Shown piece by piece: positions 7,403 through 16,949 of a DNA stretch of 64,000 nt (its first letter is position 1; every line of letters begins with the position of its first letter). Source of the stretch: Escherichia phage ECML-117. The stretch lies in sequence record JX128258; one strand, given 5' to 3'. The notes under the pieces are model-generated. The model saw only the letters and a list, made by a program, of their open reading frames with translations, did not search any database and was not told where the DNA came from. Made by a program: the position numbers and the translations under genes.

Positions 7403-9760
7403 TTATTTTGCTGCTTTCAGCGCGGCTATTTCTGCCTTTAGTTCATCTATCTGATCCATCAATGCAAGAATTGCCTCGTGATGGAGTGCTGCTGCAACGC
7501 CAGAAGTGTTTACTGACTTTACGTCATCCAGAATTGACCCATCACGCAGGGTGACTGGTGATGATTTTGTTTCTGATACGGCTTCAGGGAAGTCTTTCTC
7601 TACGTCCTGCGCGATGAATCCGTATCCGATTGAGCCATTTGTCTCCAGGACCCATGTGACCCCTTTGATGTTTCTCATCTTGGAGAGCGGATTACTGATG
7701 CGCTCAATGTTGCTTTTAATTCTTTCGTCAGATGTGCTTCGCCATTCCTGGCATCTTGCTATGCCGTCAGCACCAAATAGATAAGAGGCACTGCTGCCAA
7801 TGCCATTCAAAATGTTAAGTTGCGCACGGTCCAATGCTGTTGTGCCACTTCTGACTCCGCCAAGCATCCAATTCCCGTCATACCAGTCGCCGCCAACGGA
7901 GTTTATATAGCCTCCTTCTGGCACATTCGCGTAGTTGATCATCCTGATGGCATTTCTTTCTGAAGCTGCCACCCCGACTGAATTCAACGGTTGTGCAACG
8001 ACATCCTTGGGCCTTACGTATGCGTCAATGTGTAATGCGCCGTCAGGCCTTAGTGTGCCAATTTGAGTCTCTGCGCTTGGGAAGTACAAAGTCCCAGCTT
8101 GGTTGAATGACCATTCTTGCACCCCATTAGATATCACCGCACCTTGTTCAGATGTTAATCCATCAATTTTTCCGTATGCCTGCAAGAATGCTTGATACGC
8201 AACGTTCGTGCCAATCTTATATTCAGATTTTACACTACCGCCTCTGACAAGCGTTCCGGCTGCAGGTTTTACTGCGTCGCCGTTAATCACACTCCAAGAA
8301 GTATTCGCGGCAACAAATCCACCCGATGCACGAATCACCCAAACGCCAACAAAGTTGCGACCCATGATTTCGTCAGTTGCCGCTCCATAAATCGGGCTTG
8401 ATCTGGATGCATCAATATTTATTGTATTGAGACGCCCCTCCACTGCCCCGCTTCCAACAGGTATGGTGTCGCCGCCGCCTTGGGGGTACAAATCGTTGTT
8501 TGTGTAAAAAGCACCTCGGACGGCTGTGCCAAAGATTTGCGCATAAGTGCCTGCCGATACACCAGCAGCTGAGCCTGTGATGTTTGGTGCAGCAGATTCA
8601 AATATTTGACCGTTCGCAGTGGAGTTGCCGCCATCACCGCGCCCGTAAAGCGCCCGTACAGAGCCTGTCTGGACACCGTTAAGGTCTGGGACACGGAATG
8701 TCGTTGTGCCGTTACCTGAAGAATATTTTGCACGTTTGAACTTATCCGCAAGCCAGTCGGCATCTGCGATGGGTGAAAGCATCTGCGCATACGCCCAAAG
8801 TTCAGGCCAGTCAGCACGGTTTAGCAATTGCCCGTCTGCAACGACTTCGTATGGCTGAATATATGATCTACTATTGCGAAGATGGAAATCGCCAACACCA
8901 TAGTTCATGACACCGTTCATACTTGGGCCAACGGTGCCTGTGTTTACTAAGTTTTCAACCCAACGCTTAGTCGCGGCATCATAATCATTTACAGGGTCGC
9001 CAGCGAGCGGCGTTGATCCTTGTGGACGGATGTTTAGCCACGCCTGAGCATTATCTGCAGAGCCTGTGCCGCCCATTGAAGTTGGAACGATGCTCTGATC
9101 AGCAACAGGGCCGAATCCGAAAGCAGTCTTCATTCCTTGAATGGTGGTCTGCCCAGTTCCGCCATTTGCAATTGGAATCGTGCTTTGCGTACTATACATT
9201 TGCACCCAATCCGACCAGGATGATGAGCCAGCATTGTATAGCCTTTGGTATATGGCGTTGATCCAATAAGGCGTATATCTTTGGACGCAGCTTTCTCCTG
9301 CGACGCCAGTATTGTAAACTTCAAGAATACCAGCTTGTGAGACTGGATAGTTCAGCGCCGATGATGCACCAGCATTTGCTGATTGATGATATTGACCAAA
9401 CCATGAACCAGTCAAGGCATTGAGATTTATTCCGTTAGGAATCTCTCCAAAGTTTCGGACAGTACCCGTCAAAGTTGCGGCAGTGGTTCGAATAGAAAGC
9501 ATGTCGCCAGCCGCCCATGCACGCGCTGCAGTCCCTTCTTGTGCACGCTGCACGGTCAGGACGTTTCCAACAACGGCTGTTACTGTGACGATTTCGAATT
9601 GGAGGCCTGTTGCAGCGTCGACGATTGTCGCCACTACACGCTCGTTTGCGCCCAAGGTCGGAAAGCCCGACCCTGAGCGAATTGTGATTGTGGTGTCTGA
9701 AGTCGTCGTTGGTTGAGCCAGCGCGACCTCAAAGTTGTTTTTGAATATTAGCCTTGGCAT
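7403..9760 (-). CDS. tail fibre/tailspike protein with C-terminal intramolecular chaperone (peptidase S74-like) domain
   Basis: 785 aa; fibre-type motifs (IPIANGGTGQTT; collar-like FRVPDLNGV); C-terminus STSDERIKSNIERIS...GVTWV matches the SDxRxK auto-cleaving chaperone signature. Confidence 0.75.
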   Translation of the reverse strand: MPRLIFKNNFEVALAQPTTTSDTTITIRSGSGFPTLGANERVVATIVDAATGLQFEIVTVTAVVGNVLTVQRAQEGTAARAWAAGDMLSIRTTAATLTGTVRNFGEIPNGINLNALTGSWFGQYHQSANAGASSALNYPVSQAGILEVYNTGVAGESCVQRYTPYWINAIYQRLYNAGSSSWSDWVQMYSTQSTIPIANGGTGQTTIQGMKTAFGFGPVADQSIVPTSMGGTGSADNAQAWLNIRPQGSTPLAGDPVNDYDAATKRWVENLVNTGTVGPSMNGVMNYGVGDFHLRNSRSYIQPYEVVADGQLLNRADWPELWAYAQMLSPIADADWLADKFKRAKYSSGNGTTTFRVPDLNGVQTGSVRALYGRGDGGNSTANGQIFESAAPNITGSAAGVSAGTYAQIFGTAVRGAFYTNNDLYPQGGGDTIPVGSGAVEGRLNTINIDASRSSPIYGAATDEIMGRNFVGVWVIRASGGFVAANTSWSVINGDAVKPAAGTLVRGGSVKSEYKIGTNVAYQAFLQAYGKIDGLTSEQGAVISNGVQEWSFNQAGTLYFPSAETQIGTLRPDGALHIDAYVRPKDVVAQPLNSVGVAASERNAIRMINYANVPEGGYINSVGGDWYDGNWMLGGVRSGTTALDRAQLNILNGIGSSASYLFGADGIARCQEWRSTSDERIKSNIERISNPLSKMRNIKGVTWVLETNGSIGYGFIAQDVEKDFPEAVSETKSSPVTLRDGSILDDVKSVNTSGVAAALHHEAILALMDQIDELKAEIAALKAAK

Positions 9761-9798
9761 TTTACGGTCCTCGTTTTGTCGACAACCGTATTATAACC

Positions 9799-10140
9799 TT
9801 AATTTCTTTTGAGAGGAATATGACGGTGGCTGCCATTATCTGGTTTAATAATGAGCATAAAAACGATTAGAAAGATGATGGCTGATATACTTAATTCAAT
9901 CAGCGCGGCCTGAGATATGGATTGATCTTCGTGATACTGCTTTTGCATTTCTGCTTTCTTCTGAGCGCAAACTTCAGGCGATATATAATCACCTTTTGAG
10001 TTGCCATAATAAATCTCGCCATTCTCAGAAATAAGTCTGCCGCAAATATCCGTATCGGCCTTTGCGCTTGACATCATAATAACAGTGCCGATGATAGCAG
10101 CAATTGTCCAGATTAGCAGTTGTGATAAAGTATTGTTCAT
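9799..10140 (-). CDS. small membrane/periplasmic protein (113 aa)
   Basis: Start at internal ATG with AGAGG RBS; N-terminal signal/TM, two Cys in the central domain, C-terminal TM. Confidence 0.5.
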   Translation of the reverse strand: MNNTLSQLLIWTIAAIIGTVIMMSSAKADTDICGRLISENGEIYYGNSKGDYISPEVCAQKKAEMQKQYHEDQSISQAALIELSISAIIFLIVFMLIIKPDNGSHRHIPLKRN

Positions 10141-10336
10141 GATAACCTCTTTAAATTCCCTTCCCATATCGGGAAGGGCGAATGTTATTTTACGCGAAAG
10201 AATAGGCGCGTGCCACACAGCGAGTCCCAACGGCCCTCACCATCCCATATCGACCCAACACCAGCGGTGATTGGGCCAGCAGAATTGGCGGCATTGGCCC
10301 AGGCGAGACGTTTCAACTTCCAACTGCACCAACGAT

Positions 10337-10570
10337 TCACAGTTCACCTCCAGATTGCAAAACAAGTCCCGCATAGAGGATTGCTAAAGCTAAAGGCGCA
10401 CCACTTCCAGCTTCTCTATTCTCTTTGATTTGAAGAGTGTCCTTAAGGAATTGCAGCTGAACGTTGAATTCATTTTCAATTCCAAGCACTCCAGCTAATT
10501 CTTTTACAGAATCTGCATATGCCTTGTCTAGCACTTCTTTTGGTACTGTTAAAGTCAATTCATTTGCCAT
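10337..10570 (-). CDS. hypothetical protein (77 aa) with C-terminal hydrophobic segment
   Basis: Internal ATG (MANELTL) preceded by GGAGTGG. Confidence 0.45.
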   Translation of the reverse strand: MANELTLTVPKEVLDKAYADSVKELAGVLGIENEFNVQLQFLKDTLQIKENREAGSGAPLALAILYAGLVLQSGGEL

Positions 10571-10781
10571 TTTCTTTCCACTCCACAAATGTGCTGCCAC
10601 TTGTTTCTCTATTTAGCAGGTATCTGCCGCGCATTCCATGAAGGCTGAATTCAACCGTCGATGGATTAGATTTTGAAAGCCACATCGCTTGACCGTCGAA
10701 TGGTCCGCCAACGCATGTGTATTTGGCTTTTGGCTCACTCCTTTTGGGCCGTTTTGCCCGCTCTTTGATTGATAGTCTCAT
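10560..10781 (-). CDS. hypothetical protein (73 aa)
   Basis: ORF-track ORF in a tightly packed leftward operon. Confidence 0.4.
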   Translation of the reverse strand: MRLSIKERAKRPKRSEPKAKYTCVGGPFDGQAMWLSKSNPSTVEFSLHGMRGRYLLNRETSGSTFVEWKENGK

Positions 10782-10996
10782 CAGTCTTCACCTTGAGATT
10801 CAAGACAAGTAAGAACAAGCCATGTCATCGGAAGAATCAAAACCAGAGAAATAAGGGACCAGATGGACCAGCACAAGATGACAGACTTGAATGTGTGAAC
10901 GTCGCCAAACGCAGCAGTGAAACAAAATCCCATCACGAAAGCAAGCGCGGTGGAGTGGTTATCAATGGCTTTGATGGCACGGTCGATGAGTTTCAT
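10781..10996 (-). CDS. small membrane protein (71 aa), holin-like candidate
   Basis: Two predicted hydrophobic helices and a charged C-terminus. Confidence 0.4.
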   Translation of the reverse strand: MKLIDRAIKAIDNHSTALAFVMGFCFTAAFGDVHTFKSVILCWSIWSLISLVLILPMTWLVLTCLESQGED

Positions 10997-11085
10997 ATTA
11001 CCTCCGGTTTTGAGTTAATATGATTATAACGCAGAGCTTCAGAAAGGCAAACTTTTTGTGAATTTATGCCGTCCATGGCAAATGA

Positions 11086-11316
11086 TTAGTGAGAAGACAC
11101 GACTAATGTGCCGCTTCCTTTCGCGAAAATCTCAACACCTGGCGGGATTGTGACCGTGCCAACCACTGCGATTCCGATCAACTTGTCATCGGCTTTTTCT
11201 TCGAAACAGATCTCTGCGCCACCGCCGCGAACTTGAATAAGTGCGCCTGATACGTTTTCAGCAACAGAAAGAACGGAAGTGTAAGATGGAGTGAGTTGAA
11301 TATTTACTAGGGCCAT
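11086..11316 (-). CDS. hypothetical protein (76 aa)
   Basis: AGGAG RBS; first gene of the leftward operon. Confidence 0.45.
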   Translation of the reverse strand: MALVNIQLTPSYTSVLSVAENVSGALIQVRGGGAEICFEEKADDKLIGIAVVGTVTIPPGVEIFAKGSGTLVVSSH

Positions 11317-11330
11317 GATTTACTCCTGAT

Positions 11331-11357
11331 AAAAAAATGGCCAGAAAGAATCTGGCC
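11331..11357 (-). terminator. intrinsic-terminator-like hairpin in the leader of the leftward operon
   Basis: Minus strand: GGCCAGA-TTCTT-TCTGGCC hairpin followed by T7, ending about 6 nt before the RBS of gene 11086..11316. Confidence 0.4.
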
Positions 11358-11404
11358 GAAAAGATCACCCTTTATCCACTACTAAGCTGGAATCATAATT
11401 TTAC

Positions 11405-11434
11405 TTGATATAGCTGTCGCAAGCAAACTATAAT
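11405..11434 (+). promoter_or_regulatory. sigma70-like promoter upstream of the terminase gene
   Basis: TTGATA - 18 nt - TATAAT; the -10 abuts ATG 11435, so the true start may be Met at 11468. Confidence 0.4.
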
Positions 11435-12895
11435 ATGAATAAAATATTAACACATAATTGGAAAGTCATGTACCAGTTGAATCCTGCTTTAAGAGAAGTC
11501 TGGAAGACGAAAGCGCGATACAAAGTAATATACGGTGGTCGTGCATCTTCCAAATCGCATGATGCCGCTGGTTTTGCTATTTATTTGGCGGCAAACTTTA
11601 AATTAAAATTCCTTTGCGTTCGACAATTCCAGAACAAGATTTCTGAATCAGTATATACGCTATTAAAAGACAAAATAGAAATTTCTGATTTCAAAGATGA
11701 GTTCAACTTATTAAAGAACTCCATTGAACACAAAAGAACAAAATCTGAATTCTTATTTTACGGTATCGCACGCAATGTTGACGAAATCAAATCAACAGAA
11801 GGCGTTGATGTTCTTTGGCTTGAAGAAGCGCACGCACTTACTGAAGAGCAGTGGGACATCATTGAGCCGACAATTCGTAAGGAAGGGTCAGAAATATGGA
11901 TCATATTTAACCCTGATGAAGAGGCTGATTTCGTCTACCAGAACTTTGTTATGCGACCGCCTAAAAATGCCATCGTTAAGAAGATTAACTGGCAGGACAA
12001 TCCATTCTTGTCGCAAACAATGCTGGACGTTATCGCTGGCATGTATGAGCGCGACCCGAAAAAGGCAGAACACGTTTATGGCGGAGTACCGAAGACAGGC
12101 GGCGACAAGTCGGTCATCAACCGTGCATTCGTCAAGGCCGCGCTAAACCTCCACAAACACCCTACGTTGGGATGGAGCTTGTCAGGGTCTAACCGTATAG
12201 GCTTTGACGTGGCAGACGACGGCGACGACTTAAACGCCACAGCATTTGTCACGGGCAACGTATTGCGCGGCATCAAGACATGGGAAGGTCTGGAAGATGA
12301 ATTGCTTAAGTCCGCAAGCGGAGTTTGGAAAGATGCATTAACATTCGGCGCATCAATTACCTATGACGCCATCGGTGTTGGTGCATTTGCTGGTTCAAAA
12401 TTTGATGAGCTTAATGAGTATGCAATCCATGAAAATCCAACATTCCCAAGAATCGAATTTAATGCGTTCAACGCGCAAGGTGCTGTTGATGATCCTGATG
12501 ACGTCTTCCTTGAGTTACCACACGTTGAAATACTCAATAAAGACCATTTCGCAAACATAAAAGCGCAAAAATGGACTGAGATTGCCGAACGATTCAGGAA
12601 GACATATGAGTATGCAACAGGGCAGGCCGTATACCCGACTGATGAGCTGATTTCCATCGACACAGACGGCATTCCAGAACTTGGGATTCCTGCTTGGTCT
12701 GCGGAAGAAATTGAGACATTTCTTTTTGAGATGTCAGCGCCGCGCAAAGACACGTCTGTGCTTGGTAAGTTTAAAGTTGAATCGAAAAAGGATATGGCAA
12801 AGCGTGGAGTCAAATCGCCTAACAAAGCGGACGCAGCAATCATGGCGTTGATGAAACCAATTGTTGCAGCATCCGGCTTCTTCTCTAACCTTTAA
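11435..12895 (+). CDS. terminase large subunit
   Basis: Walker A GGRASSKS, Walker B VDVLWLEEAH, C-terminal nuclease acidic motif FDVADDGDD; alternative start 11468. Confidence 0.9.
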   Translation: MNKILTHNWKVMYQLNPALREVWKTKARYKVIYGGRASSKSHDAAGFAIYLAANFKLKFLCVRQFQNKISESVYTLLKDKIEISDFKDEFNLLKNSIEHKRTKSEFLFYGIARNVDEIKSTEGVDVLWLEEAHALTEEQWDIIEPTIRKEGSEIWIIFNPDEEADFVYQNFVMRPPKNAIVKKINWQDNPFLSQTMLDVIAGMYERDPKKAEHVYGGVPKTGGDKSVINRAFVKAALNLHKHPTLGWSLSGSNRIGFDVADDGDDLNATAFVTGNVLRGIKTWEGLEDELLKSASGVWKDALTFGASITYDAIGVGAFAGSKFDELNEYAIHENPTFPRIEFNAFNAQGAVDDPDDVFLELPHVEILNKDHFANIKAQKWTEIAERFRKTYEYATGQAVYPTDELISIDTDGIPELGIPAWSAEEIETFLFEMSAPRKDTSVLGKFKVESKKDMAKRGVKSPNKADAAIMALMKPIVAASGFFSNL

Positions 12896-13713
12896 CAATT
12901 AAAGCATTCCGTGCTGAAGGTCGAGTTTTCTTGCGGCAAACGACCTGGCACGGAATCGCTTACCCGCCCTTACTGCCTGTCGAATCTTCTTTTGCAAACA
13001 CTTACGATCAAAATCGTTGCGGTCGACGGCTTCGAGTAAATCACGACGCAGAGCACCCAGTGTCGACTTTTCAGAGACTTCAACGCCCAGCGCCGCTGCA
13101 ACGTCTTTCAAAACATCGAGTTCGGTTAAAGTTCTCATTTGATAATCCCCTTGATGTCTGATTCTGCCATAAAGATTGGAGTTCCGCCGCCAGGAACAAT
13201 CGAGCGCGTGACTTTATCAAACATATCGTTTTCTTCAACTTGAATACGATAGAATTTATTTTTGGATGAAGATGGGCACAATCCCATAAATTTGCCGATT
13301 CCGCGAACGCATTCATCTTCAAAGTATACTGTTTCACCTTGGATGGAGTCGATGTCGTCTACTGGATAGACCTTGCGACCCAATAGCCACTCGTCCATAG
13401 TCGCCTGCAAGACGTTTCGCGCATCTAAAATCCACGGGTCAATAGTAGCACCTTCGTATCGCGCAGCAGTGGCCTTTGCCAGTTCTTCATATTCGCATAC
13501 GTTAACGACTTCGCCGTTGTGCAAGACGACAAATACAATTGTTGTGCTCATTTCAATCTCCTTTCGTTTGGTTAACTAAAATATAACTCAAAATGATGCA
13601 AAAGCAAAATATTTTATGAACTATTTATGATCACCATACATATCATTTGCTTACAAACACATGAATATTTATAATATAGATTGATTCCCTTTCACTGTCA
13701 GGTGGCGTTAACA

Positions 13714-16089
13714 ATGAAAATTCTTGGCATAAAACTCTGGGAGAAGACGCAACCAGAAGCCGAACCAGCGGAGATGCCGCCAGGCGACCCATTGGCACCG
13801 TTTGAACGCCTTGAAAGGCGCGGCAGCGGTCAACGCTGGGAAAAGACTGAAAGCAATCGACCTACCTTTAAGACGGTTGATGACTTCCCTTTGTATGAGC
13901 CTGATATTAATGGCGACGGTGTTGCTATCATAAAAGGTCGTTCAGTCGATTCCGCAACAGTATCCAAAAAAGTTATGGATAATGCCTTGAAGAACATCAG
14001 TTCAGAAGGGCAGGTCAACCCATACACAGTACCTATTCAACTTCAAAACTGGTATTTGTCACAGTCATTCATCGGCTATCAAGCTTGCGCAATCATCGCG
14101 CAGCACTGGCTGGTGAACAAAGCGTGTTCCATGGTAGGCCGCGATGCAGTCCGTAAAGGCTGGGAAGTCAAATCCAGTTCTGAGTCCGAATTATCAGTGC
14201 AGGCCAGCGAACGCCTAAAGCAAATTGATAAAGAATTTAATATCAAAGAGCACTTAGTTGAAGCCGAACGATTCAAAAATATTTTTGGTATCCGCGTCAT
14301 CATATTTGATGTGCGTAGCGATGACCCAGAATACTACAGTAAACCTTTTAACATTGATGGTGTGACAAAGGGGTCTTATAAGGGAATCATTCAGGTTGAC
14401 CCTTATTGGATGATGCCGTTTCTGACGTCTGAAAACACAGCAGACCCTGCATCACAGCACTTCTATGACCCAGAATATTGGGTAATCAGCGGACAACGTT
14501 ATCATCGCAGCCACCTCATAATCTTGCGCAACGATGAGCCAGCTGATATTCTCAAGCCGACTTATATTTACGGCGGCATTCCTCTGACTCAGCAGATTTA
14601 TGAACGCATCTATGCCGCTGAACGTACCGCCAACGAAGCGCCATTGCTGGCGATGTCCAAGCGTACAACGACGCTGCGGACCGACGTTGACAAGGCTATT
14701 GCCAATGAGCGGTCTTTTGCAGAACGTCTGATGATGTGGATCAAGTACCGCGACAACTATGCAGTCAAAGTGCTTGGCCAAAAAGAAGAGATGGACCAGT
14801 TTGACATCAACTTGTCAGACTTCGACAGCATCATCATGAACCAGTACCAGCTTGTGGCCGCAATCGCAAAAGTTCCGTCGACCAAACTGCTTGGGACTTC
14901 GCCAAAAGGCTTTAACGCCACTGGTGAATTCGAGATGGTCAGCTATCACGAAGAGTTGGAAACGTGCCAGCAGCATGACCTGACAAAAATTCTCGACCGC
15001 CATTACAAAATCCTTCTCAAATCAGAAGGGGTGGATGTCGATGTTAAGGTTGCATGGGAACCAGTTGGCTCACTTACTGCTACTCAACTTGCAGAAATCA
15101 ATGATAAGCGAGCCAACACTGGCAAAACTCTTATTGATGCTGGCGTCATTTCTCCTGATGAAGAGCGCGACCGCATCAAAGACGACAAAAACAGCGGCTA
15201 CAACCGTCTGCCGGAAGACGCAGCAGAAGAAACCCCAGGGATGTCTCCAGAGAATATGGCATTGCTTGGCAAGTCTGCTGGTGAAGTCCTGCAAGGTAAG
15301 GCCGATATTGAACAGGCGAAGGCTGATGTCGTTAAGATGGGCGGCCAGTTCTATAGCGAAACAGGTATTATGCCAGAGGGTGCCGCGCGTGGTGAGTTGG
15401 CGGAAAACCCTGACAAAGCGCCTGTCGAAATCAACATGGACGACACCGATGATGAATCAAGCCATCAGGTTGATGTCCTAACGCAGTTGAAAGAAGGGCT
15501 GGAGGGCATTGCGGATTACTACCTGAAAGAAGGTCAGGATGTGGATTTTGACCCTCAAAAAGATTCACGGTCGGTGCAACCGTCTACCCTTCCAAGCGTT
15601 AAAGGACACGTCGTCAACTTACGCCACAACGTGGGTAAAATGGACGCAGCATCATTACCTAAGATGAAGTTGCACGGAATGATTCTTGGCATTGAGAATC
15701 CGCGAAACAGCATTCGTAGAGGAAACAGCCTTGACGGTGAATGGGCCGTGAAGATGCCGCACCACTACGGATTCATCAAGGGCACCAAGGGCGCAGACGG
15801 TGATGAAGTCGACTGCTTTGTGGGTCCAAATCTGAAGTCGCCGAAAGTCTTTATCGTGAACCAAAACGATAACTACTCTGGCGAGTTTGATGAACACAAG
15901 TGTATGCTTGGATTCGATTCAGCAGAAGAAGCGAAAGAAGCTTATCAAGCATCATTTGGTAACGGTTGGAACGGATTCGACTCAATCCACGAATTAGATG
16001 TGAACTCATTCAAGGAGTGGTTGAAGGGTGATTGCTCTCAAGCATACGGAGCACTCAATAATCCTACTAATTCACCGAAGCAAGGTTGA
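13714..16089 (+). CDS. portal protein with long C-terminal extension
   Basis: 791 aa directly downstream of terminase; ATG 13714 with GGTGG RBS; C-terminal ~250 aa form an acidic linker plus an extra domain. Confidence 0.55.
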   Translation: MKILGIKLWEKTQPEAEPAEMPPGDPLAPFERLERRGSGQRWEKTESNRPTFKTVDDFPLYEPDINGDGVAIIKGRSVDSATVSKKVMDNALKNISSEGQVNPYTVPIQLQNWYLSQSFIGYQACAIIAQHWLVNKACSMVGRDAVRKGWEVKSSSESELSVQASERLKQIDKEFNIKEHLVEAERFKNIFGIRVIIFDVRSDDPEYYSKPFNIDGVTKGSYKGIIQVDPYWMMPFLTSENTADPASQHFYDPEYWVISGQRYHRSHLIILRNDEPADILKPTYIYGGIPLTQQIYERIYAAERTANEAPLLAMSKRTTTLRTDVDKAIANERSFAERLMMWIKYRDNYAVKVLGQKEEMDQFDINLSDFDSIIMNQYQLVAAIAKVPSTKLLGTSPKGFNATGEFEMVSYHEELETCQQHDLTKILDRHYKILLKSEGVDVDVKVAWEPVGSLTATQLAEINDKRANTGKTLIDAGVISPDEERDRIKDDKNSGYNRLPEDAAEETPGMSPENMALLGKSAGEVLQGKADIEQAKADVVKMGGQFYSETGIMPEGAARGELAENPDKAPVEINMDDTDDESSHQVDVLTQLKEGLEGIADYYLKEGQDVDFDPQKDSRSVQPSTLPSVKGHVVNLRHNVGKMDAASLPKMKLHGMILGIENPRNSIRRGNSLDGEWAVKMPHHYGFIKGTKGADGDEVDCFVGPNLKSPKVFIVNQNDNYSGEFDEHKCMLGFDSAEEAKEAYQASFGNGWNGFDSIHELDVNSFKEWLKGDCSQAYGALNNPTNSPKQG

Positions 16090-16090
16090 T

Positions 16091-16942
16091 ATGGCTTTTA
16101 AAGCTTCGAAAAAACGTGAACGCCGCTCACCCGATAGAATTGGGCGCGGCAGTCCGATAATCCCATCAAACGCTATTGCGATGGCCTACCGTCGTGAGAT
16201 GAAAGGTCTTTGCTATGCGATGATTGATGACTATCAGGCAGGAATTTCAGAGTGGCTTGAAAAGAAGCAGGTGCAGAAGTTCTTTGCGCAAGACTCTGCT
16301 GATTCAACATTCCAAACTCTTATGAAACGTCTGCAGCTGAAATGGGCAAAGGCGTTTGCTCGTGTTGGGTCGAAGATTGCCGCTGATTTTATCAAATCGG
16401 TTGAAAAGGGTGCTACTTCTGCTACATTCGCCAGCCTTAAGTCCGCAGGCATAGAAGCGCCAAAGGCCACATATAACAAATTCGTTGAGAACACTCTTAG
16501 AACAAGCGAGACGTTTAACACGACTCTAGTGACTAAGGTCGGCGAGGATATTCACAACAGAGTGTACGAAGCAGTCATGCTTTCGCTGACTTCGCCCGAC
16601 CCAGCCCAGCAAGGCACGTCAGGCATTCAGGCGGCGTTGCGAAACGTAAAACACTTCTCTGCAAAGAGAGTCGACTTAATCGCTAAAGACCAGACAAGCA
16701 AATTGTATTGCGTTCTAAGCGATGAAAGGATGCGCCAGAATGGAGTCGAAGAATTTGAGTGGGCGCACTCAGGAGCAGGAAAGGAGCCGCGAATCTCTCA
16801 TGAACACGTCGACGGAATGAGATTCAAACTTGATGACAAGCGCCTATGGGAAGTTGGCGGCGAATTGAAGTTCAAAAAGGGTGACATCGGTCCTCCTGGA
16901 TGGGCAATACACTGCAAGTGCAGAAAAATACCAATCATTTGA
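16091..16942 (+). CDS. head morphogenesis protein (MuF-like position)
   Basis: 283 aa, starts 2 nt after the portal stop; assignment by synteny and size only. Confidence 0.4.
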   Translation: MAFKASKKRERRSPDRIGRGSPIIPSNAIAMAYRREMKGLCYAMIDDYQAGISEWLEKKQVQKFFAQDSADSTFQTLMKRLQLKWAKAFARVGSKIAADFIKSVEKGATSATFASLKSAGIEAPKATYNKFVENTLRTSETFNTTLVTKVGEDIHNRVYEAVMLSLTSPDPAQQGTSGIQAALRNVKHFSAKRVDLIAKDQTSKLYCVLSDERMRQNGVEEFEWAHSGAGKEPRISHEHVDGMRFKLDDKRLWEVGGELKFKKGDIGPPGWAIHCKCRKIPII

Positions 16943-16949
16943 GGTCATT

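Noticed and set aside
12361-12843. 160-aa minus-strand ORF inside the terminase gene
   Set aside because: Entirely antisense to a high-confidence gene with conserved motifs.
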